64,000 nucleotides of DNA from Polyangiaceae bacterium (GTDB taxonomy: Bacteria; Myxococcota_A; Polyangia; Polyangiales; Polyangiaceae): positions 2,912,001-2,976,000 of the forward strand of contig CBDCTZ010000016.1 in assembly GCA_965222375.1 (NCBI GenBank). The letters run 5' to 3'. Position 1 is the first letter of the stretch, and each line of letters starts with the position of its first letter. Made by a program: the position numbers and the translations under genes. Below, piece by piece: positions 59,100 through 64,000 of the stretch. Below the pieces are notes generated by a model. The model had not been told where the DNA came from. It did no database searches and was given only the letters and a program-made list of their open reading frames with translations.

Positions 59100-60530
59100 T
59101 TAGCGCCGAGCTTTGATACCGCCGCCGGGCAGGCCGCTGAAGACGTCCCGGGGCAGAAGGCCCAGCCAAGGGTCGCTGGCTGGGGTCAAGAAGAGATCCG
59201 AGTACACCCGTCGATTCAGAGTCGCGAAGTTCATGGGTTGGTTCGCCAGCCACTGATGAATGCGCCTGCGGAGCATCAGTTCGTTCTTCAACGTGTCCTG
59301 GGCGATGTGGTCCTCCAAACGGCGGAGCATCCGCTCAAGGTCCTTGCCGGCAGCTGTGTGCACGCGCCCGTCTCCCCGGTTCCAGGTAACGGGCCCCTTG
59401 CGGGCGATCACTTTGCGGCTGCTTTCGTCGAGGACGACCTTGTTGGCGTCGAGCTTGGCCAGGCGTGCCCAGACCGCATCTGTGTCGATTCGGCGCTCCA
59501 GCTCGGTGAACGTGGGAATGGTTCGCTGAATCACAGGTCGCTCGATCACGGCCTTGGTCACTGCAATTGGCACCGCTCGCTTCGCGCTCGGGGCAGCCGT
59601 TTTCCCACGGGGCCGCGCGAGCGGTGGCACTGCGTTGGGCGCCAGCCCGATGGCGCTGAGGCTTGCCGTCAGCTGACTTCGCGTCCTTCGCAGCGCACGG
59701 CGGTGGTGTGCTTGCGCGTACTGTGACCAGGCCGCGCCCTGAAGAGCTGACGCACCCCTGGCGACGCCACGCAAGTGTTTGAGGGCCGCCGTGAAAGCCC
59801 GGGCGCCGTATAAACCAGGCAGGGCATCCACGACGCGGCCCCGGGCATCCATGACGTAGTGGATGCTGTTCCCGGTGATGGTCCGCTCCAAGGTGCGCCC
59901 GTCGCCGTAGTCGATGGTAACGCGCGGGACCTTCCGTTCTGAGGTCCAGTGCAGCACGAAACTCTCTCGCAGCAGCCGAGAAACCCGGGCGTCCGGGTAG
60001 AGGGTGGTTCGGAACAACCGGCTGTTCGCACAGGACAGTTCGTCGTCCAAACGGCCCAGCATACGCAGAGAGACAATCGGCTTCCGCTCCGCCTGTGCCT
60101 GGGCCAGTGCTGCCTTGAAATCCGTGTGCCAATAGAGTCGAGAGACATCTGCGTCCAGCTGGCCAGCAACGGAGTCGATGACCCGACGAGCATCCACCCC
60201 GGGGTTGGGTCCCGCCGAAGCGAGCGCGGTGGCAAGCCCCTCGGGGCCCCGCGCTCTGAGGGCTCGCACTTCGGCCGAGCCGCGCGGCGCGGCTTCCTTC
60301 AAGGCGCCCGCAACGGCGTCCGCGGGCATCGCTGCACTGGCTGCACTGGCTGCACTGGGAGAGTGTCGGAACGACTGTGACTCCTGGACTTTCGGAGTTT
60401 TTTGGGGGGAGCCCGAGCAGGATATGGCGAGCAGCAGAAGGCCAATAGACAGCCCAGTGGCTCGCGTCAGCGCCGCCGGCTCCTGCGCTTGTCCCAAAGC
60501 CCTCAATATTCCATCGAAACGTGACGCCAT
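59100..60530 (-). CDS. Exported thioredoxin-fold protein resembling the selenoprotein N C-terminal domain
   Basis: WHTDFKAALAQAQAERKPIVSLRMLGRLDDELSCANSRLFRTTL...LRESFVLHW; GGAGG RBS before ATG 60530. Confidence 0.7.
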   Translation of the reverse strand: MASRFDGILRALGQAQEPAALTRATGLSIGLLLLAISCSGSPQKTPKVQESQSFRHSPSAASAASAAMPADAVAGALKEAAPRGSAEVRALRARGPEGLATALASAGPNPGVDARRVIDSVAGQLDADVSRLYWHTDFKAALAQAQAERKPIVSLRMLGRLDDELSCANSRLFRTTLYPDARVSRLLRESFVLHWTSERKVPRVTIDYGDGRTLERTITGNSIHYVMDARGRVVDALPGLYGARAFTAALKHLRGVARGASALQGAAWSQYAQAHHRRALRRTRSQLTASLSAIGLAPNAVPPLARPRGKTAAPSAKRAVPIAVTKAVIERPVIQRTIPTFTELERRIDTDAVWARLAKLDANKVVLDESSRKVIARKGPVTWNRGDGRVHTAAGKDLERMLRRLEDHIAQDTLKNELMLRRRIHQWLANQPMNFATLNRRVYSDLFLTPASDPWLGLLPRDVFSGLPGGGIKARR

Positions 60531-60767
60531 GCGCACCTCCAACCGCTCATCGTGGGCTCGGCAAGAGTGTGACGCGCGGGTACTCAATTTTTGTTTGGGG
60601 GTCGAGCGTTGGGTCGTTCTGGGCCCCTAATCTCGCTCTGGGCCGTGACGGGCCGCAGGCAGCAGCGCGAGATTAGGGCTGCAGTAACGCCCCAGTGCTC
60701 GACCCCAAAAACAATCAGCTGTCGAGCGACTACCGATGTTCGACCCGAGTGCTACATTGATGGACGA

Positions 60768-61682
60768 ATGTCTCCGCGATTTCGCTGGTTGCTCGCCGCC
60801 GTTGCCTTCTTGGGGGTAGCGCCCGCGGTGCAAGCGCGGCCCGCTCGAGGCCTGGTGCCCGCGCCGTCGCTGAAAGCGGCCAAGGGCCAGGTGGTGACCC
60901 AACCCGGTCGGACGGCCACAGCAGACACGAGCCTCGAGGCACGGGTGCTTGCCGCAAGTGTGTTTCTGCCCGCACGTGCCTGCACCGGCGTCGTCGTCGG
61001 GTCTGCTAGAGTCGTGGCTACGGCGGCGCACTGCCTCGTGCCCGGCAAGAAGACCACGCGAGTCAAGTTCTCCGACGGCCTGAAGACGACTGCGCGGGTG
61101 GCGCATGTAGACAAAGACCGCGACGTCGCACTGCTGGTGACGGACCAGCCGAGCAGTGTCGCGCCTCTGAGCCTGACTAGTTCGATGCCGAGGGTCGGCA
61201 CCAAGCTGCTATTCCTCGGTCGCCCGGACCGCGCCCGCGCGCGCCACACGCGAGTCACCCGCCTCGGTCCATGTCCGGGGCTTCCAAAGCTTAGAGCTGC
61301 AGCGTTCACCACCTTGTCGGCCGTCCCCGGGGATTCCGGTGCGCCGCTGGTGGATCCGGCAGGGCGAGTCGTGGCCTTGGTGCACGGCGGAGTGCGCTGC
61401 CACATTGCCGTTCCGGTGCGCCCGTTGCGCAAGGCGTTTGTCGGCCTGCCTCCGGATGTGCGCACAGCAAGCCCAGCACTCCCGGATCCAGCCCAGCCGT
61501 CGAAAGCAGCCCAACAGCCCGAGCCGGGCGCGCCCGCGGATGCGGCCGCTGATCCAGATGCCAAGAAAGGCGCGGCCGCGTCGGATCCGGGCGATGGCGC
61601 TCGCTTCGGGCCTTTCGTATTCGAGCGGACTAAGAAGGGCTTTCGGTTCCGCTTTTCGTTCTCCGTCGGCAACAAGAAGTAG
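60768..61682 (+). CDS. Secreted trypsin-like (S1) serine protease
   Basis: Signal VQA, triad TAAHC / DVAL / GDSGAP. Confidence 0.9.
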   Translation: MSPRFRWLLAAVAFLGVAPAVQARPARGLVPAPSLKAAKGQVVTQPGRTATADTSLEARVLAASVFLPARACTGVVVGSARVVATAAHCLVPGKKTTRVKFSDGLKTTARVAHVDKDRDVALLVTDQPSSVAPLSLTSSMPRVGTKLLFLGRPDRARARHTRVTRLGPCPGLPKLRAAAFTTLSAVPGDSGAPLVDPAGRVVALVHGGVRCHIAVPVRPLRKAFVGLPPDVRTASPALPDPAQPSKAAQQPEPGAPADAAADPDAKKGAAASDPGDGARFGPFVFERTKKGFRFRFSFSVGNKK

Positions 61683-61702
61683 CCGAGAATCGACAAGCGC
61701 CC

Positions 61703-63097
61703 TCAGGCGTTGCGGTTTTTCCAAGTGCGGGAGCGCTGCCGCCAGGGCATGGCTTTTTCCAATTGATGCGATAGCGATAGCACGACGTCGTCCCGTCCCT
61801 GGCGGCCGACGATCTGAACTCCGAAGGGGAGCCCCGTGTCGGAGACTCCCGCGGGGATATTGGCCGCAGGTTGACCGGTGACGTTGAAAGGTGCGGTGAA
61901 GGTGCCGATCGCCGAGATGGCCCGGAACGCCTCTTCGGGCTCCATGTCGCGGAAGGCGCCGACCCGGGGTGCGAATAGTCCCACGGTTGGCATCAGCAGC
62001 ACGTCGGCGTCGCCATGAAAGTCCAAGACCCGTTGGAGCAAGACCCGTTTGACTCGCTGAGTTTCGGCGTGGTCGAGTTTGCGTCCAGCTTGGCGCAACC
62101 AGCGAGTGACTGGCTGCAACACGCGCTCACTGACCGCTGGCACGTTGGCGAGCATGCGCTGCCATAGGGGCAGGAAATCCTCCAAGCGCCCCTCCACCAT
62201 GGGAACTTGCTCCACGTGGTGCCCCAGGCCTTCGAGCAGCTTTCCCGTCTCTACTACGGCCTGAGCAATCTCCGGCTCTACATCGCCGATCATGGCTTCG
62301 GTGCAGAGGCGGACTTTGAGGGCCGTTCGGGGAGGGTGGCTGCTAGCCGTCAAGCAACTGTCCTGAGCAAACTCCACATGAGTCATGGGGTGGCGACGCA
62401 TGACGTCCAACATCGCCGCGGCGTCCGCGACGGAATGAGTCAGCGGGCCCATGGTGGACAGGCCAAGAGTATTGACTCGGCCGTGTAGGTTGCCGAGCAA
62501 ACTCAGCGATGGTTTGAAGCCATATAGATGACAGAAGGCGGCAGGAATGCGCACGGACCCGCCACCGTCGGAGCCGTGGGCCAGAGGAACGAGTTCCGCT
62601 GCAACGGCCGCTCCGGAGCCGCCGCTGGAACCGCCCGGGGTGTGCTCCGGGTTCCAGGGGTTGCGGGTTGCAGCGTGGATCTCTGGTTCGGTTACGGGGA
62701 GCGCTCCGAATTCGGATGTTGCCGTCTTGCCCACCACGACGAAGCCGCCTCGCTTCAGGAACTTGGTTACCGGCGCGTCCATGGGCGCGCGGAAGTACCT
62801 GAAGGCTCTGGAGCCGAGGCGCGTGGGCGTGCCGCGCATGAGCGCGAGATCCTTCAAGCCCAGGGGAACGCCGTGAAATACCGGGAGCTCGTCTGCCTTG
62901 GTCGAGAGCGCCTGCGCGTCTTTGCTTCTTGCCGCGCGTAGGGAGCTTTCTTCGAGCACGGCGACGAAAGCCGTGTACTTGTCGTCGAGCTGTCGGATCC
63001 GATCCAGATAGAAGCGGCAGAGCTCTTCGCTGGAAAGCTCACGCGAGCGAATCGCGGCTGCAAGTTCCAGAGCGGTGGCATCGAGGGGGTTTTGCAC
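61703..63097 (-). CDS. Amidase signature family protein
   Basis: GLKDL, GKTATSEFG, PGGSSGGSGAAVAA, GSDGGGSVRIPAAFC. Confidence 0.95.
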   Translation of the reverse strand: MQNPLDATALELAAAIRSRELSSEELCRFYLDRIRQLDDKYTAFVAVLEESSLRAARSKDAQALSTKADELPVFHGVPLGLKDLALMRGTPTRLGSRAFRYFRAPMDAPVTKFLKRGGFVVVGKTATSEFGALPVTEPEIHAATRNPWNPEHTPGGSSGGSGAAVAAELVPLAHGSDGGGSVRIPAAFCHLYGFKPSLSLLGNLHGRVNTLGLSTMGPLTHSVADAAAMLDVMRRHPMTHVEFAQDSCLTASSHPPRTALKVRLCTEAMIGDVEPEIAQAVVETGKLLEGLGHHVEQVPMVEGRLEDFLPLWQRMLANVPAVSERVLQPVTRWLRQAGRKLDHAETQRVKRVLLQRVLDFHGDADVLLMPTVGLFAPRVGAFRDMEPEEAFRAISAIGTFTAPFNVTGQPAANIPAGVSDTGLPFGVQIVGRQGRDDVVLSLSHQLEKAMPWRQRSRTWKNRNA

Positions 63098-63157
63098 GGC
63101 AGATCCGCTAACCCGTCCTCGGGACGGATGCGAGGACCGAAATCCCTCTCGGTTTGG

Positions 63158-64000
63158 CTAGTCGGAGCCTCGCACGTCTCGGGCCGGCTCCAGAGGGCCG
63201 ATGCCCAGATCCCAGTAGGCGTCCAAGCAGGCTAGGGCCGCAGCCACCCGGGGCGCTGCAGATGGGCCCACCGGGGTGGTGCTCGAGTTCAGATCGACTT
63301 TTACGAACCCGCCTGCGGCAACCGGGCCCAGCATGGCAGTCGCGTCCGGCTCCGAGGCGGTGTCATCCACCTGGAACTGGCCGGAGCGCCACACCAAGCT
63401 GGCCTTCTGGGGATCCTTCGGTCGTTTCTTTACCATGGCCATTCCGCCGCCTGCCCGCTCCGCGTCGGCGCACGAGAGCAGGTGCTGCTCGAGCTGGCGC
63501 GGCTGGAAATCGAGGTCTTGTCTTTCGACGATGGCGGCGTTCAGCAGCAAGAGAGGAAGATCTAGCTTCGCCGTCATGATGCCCAGCGCAGCGCCGAAGC
63601 GCGGATTGAGCTCGGTTGGAAGGAAGCCGTCCTCGCTGAGTACGCCGTCGATGGTGAAGGCACCGCGGTAGCGGTATCTGTCCCGCAGATACTCGCCTGC
63701 GCGGCGGGCTGCGTCGCGCATTGCCTCTCGGTCCGCGGAGGGCGGGTCCCAAAAGGAGGCGGCGCGGCCATACTGGAGCGTGCTCCTGCCGGGCTGCCGG
63801 AACACGAGCATTTCGCAAGGGCGCAGTGTGACTATGTATTCCGGGAATACGAATCCGTGAATGCTGCATGGGATGCCCTCCAGGAAGGGCATCACGCGAA
63901 CTCGGTCGCAGTGATCGGCAAAGAAGCCGGCTGCGGAAGTTGCGTCTTCGGCACTCTGCACCCAGCGCAAATAGGTGGCGCCACCGTTGAAGCCCTCCTT
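63158..64000 (-). CDS. ATP-grasp-like protein, 5' end outside window
   Basis: Frame open to the window edge (KEGFNGGATYLRWV); VMPFLEG and YRGAFTIDGVL...LPTELNPRFG resemble ATP-grasp motifs. Confidence 0.7.
   Translation of the reverse strand, partial: KEGFNGGATYLRWVQSAEDATSAAGFFADHCDRVRVMPFLEGIPCSIHGFVFPEYIVTLRPCEMLVFRQPGRSTLQYGRAASFWDPPSADREAMRDAARRAGEYLRDRYRYRGAFTIDGVLSEDGFLPTELNPRFGAALGIMTAKLDLPLLLLNAAIVERQDLDFQPRQLEQHLLSCADAERAGGGMAMVKKRPKDPQKASLVWRSGQFQVDDTASEPDATAMLGPVAAGGFVKVDLNSSTTPVGPSAAPRVAAALACLDAYWDLGIGPLEPARDVRGSD

Noticed and set aside
60331..60357. 9-bp repeat GCTGCACTG x3
   Set aside because: It encodes an Ala/Ser linker; ordinary low-complexity coding sequence

Overview
High-GC, gene-dense chromosomal window, most likely from a Myxococcota (Polyangiales-like) genome, judged from a MYXO-CTERM sorting signal, two Hanks-type Ser/Thr kinases, a vWA lipoprotein, Cys-rich lipoproteins and a STAND-TPR-wHTH regulator. 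About 55 CDS can be supported. They include metabolic enzymes (thiolase end, TrpB2, PfkA, MsrA, desaturase, GH15, GMC oxidoreductase, B12 radical SAM, amidase), many secreted or lipoprotein hypotheticals, and several regulatory modules. I found no rRNA, tRNA, CRISPR array or IS element. The best candidates for an undescribed system are: (1) a BlaI/CopY repressor plus His/Cys-rich M56 membrane protease heading a CzcCBA-like metal efflux operon, with a palindrome over an apparently leaderless promoter; (2) a sigma-54 module with no pspA at the locus (bEBP activator divergent to NfeD/YqiJ-like + flotillin, plus a second matching sigma-54 promoter before a DUF4190-like gene), followed by an intergenic 39/36-bp hairpin-forming repeat array and two cUUCGg hairpins; (3) an exported selenoprotein-N-like thioredoxin-fold protein. 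Several single-base frameshifts in short homopolymers, and an in-frame chimeric junction (Lon-like ATPase fused to a beta-helix protein), suggest uncorrected assembly errors or recent deletions. Family assignments come from motif recognition only; no database search was run.
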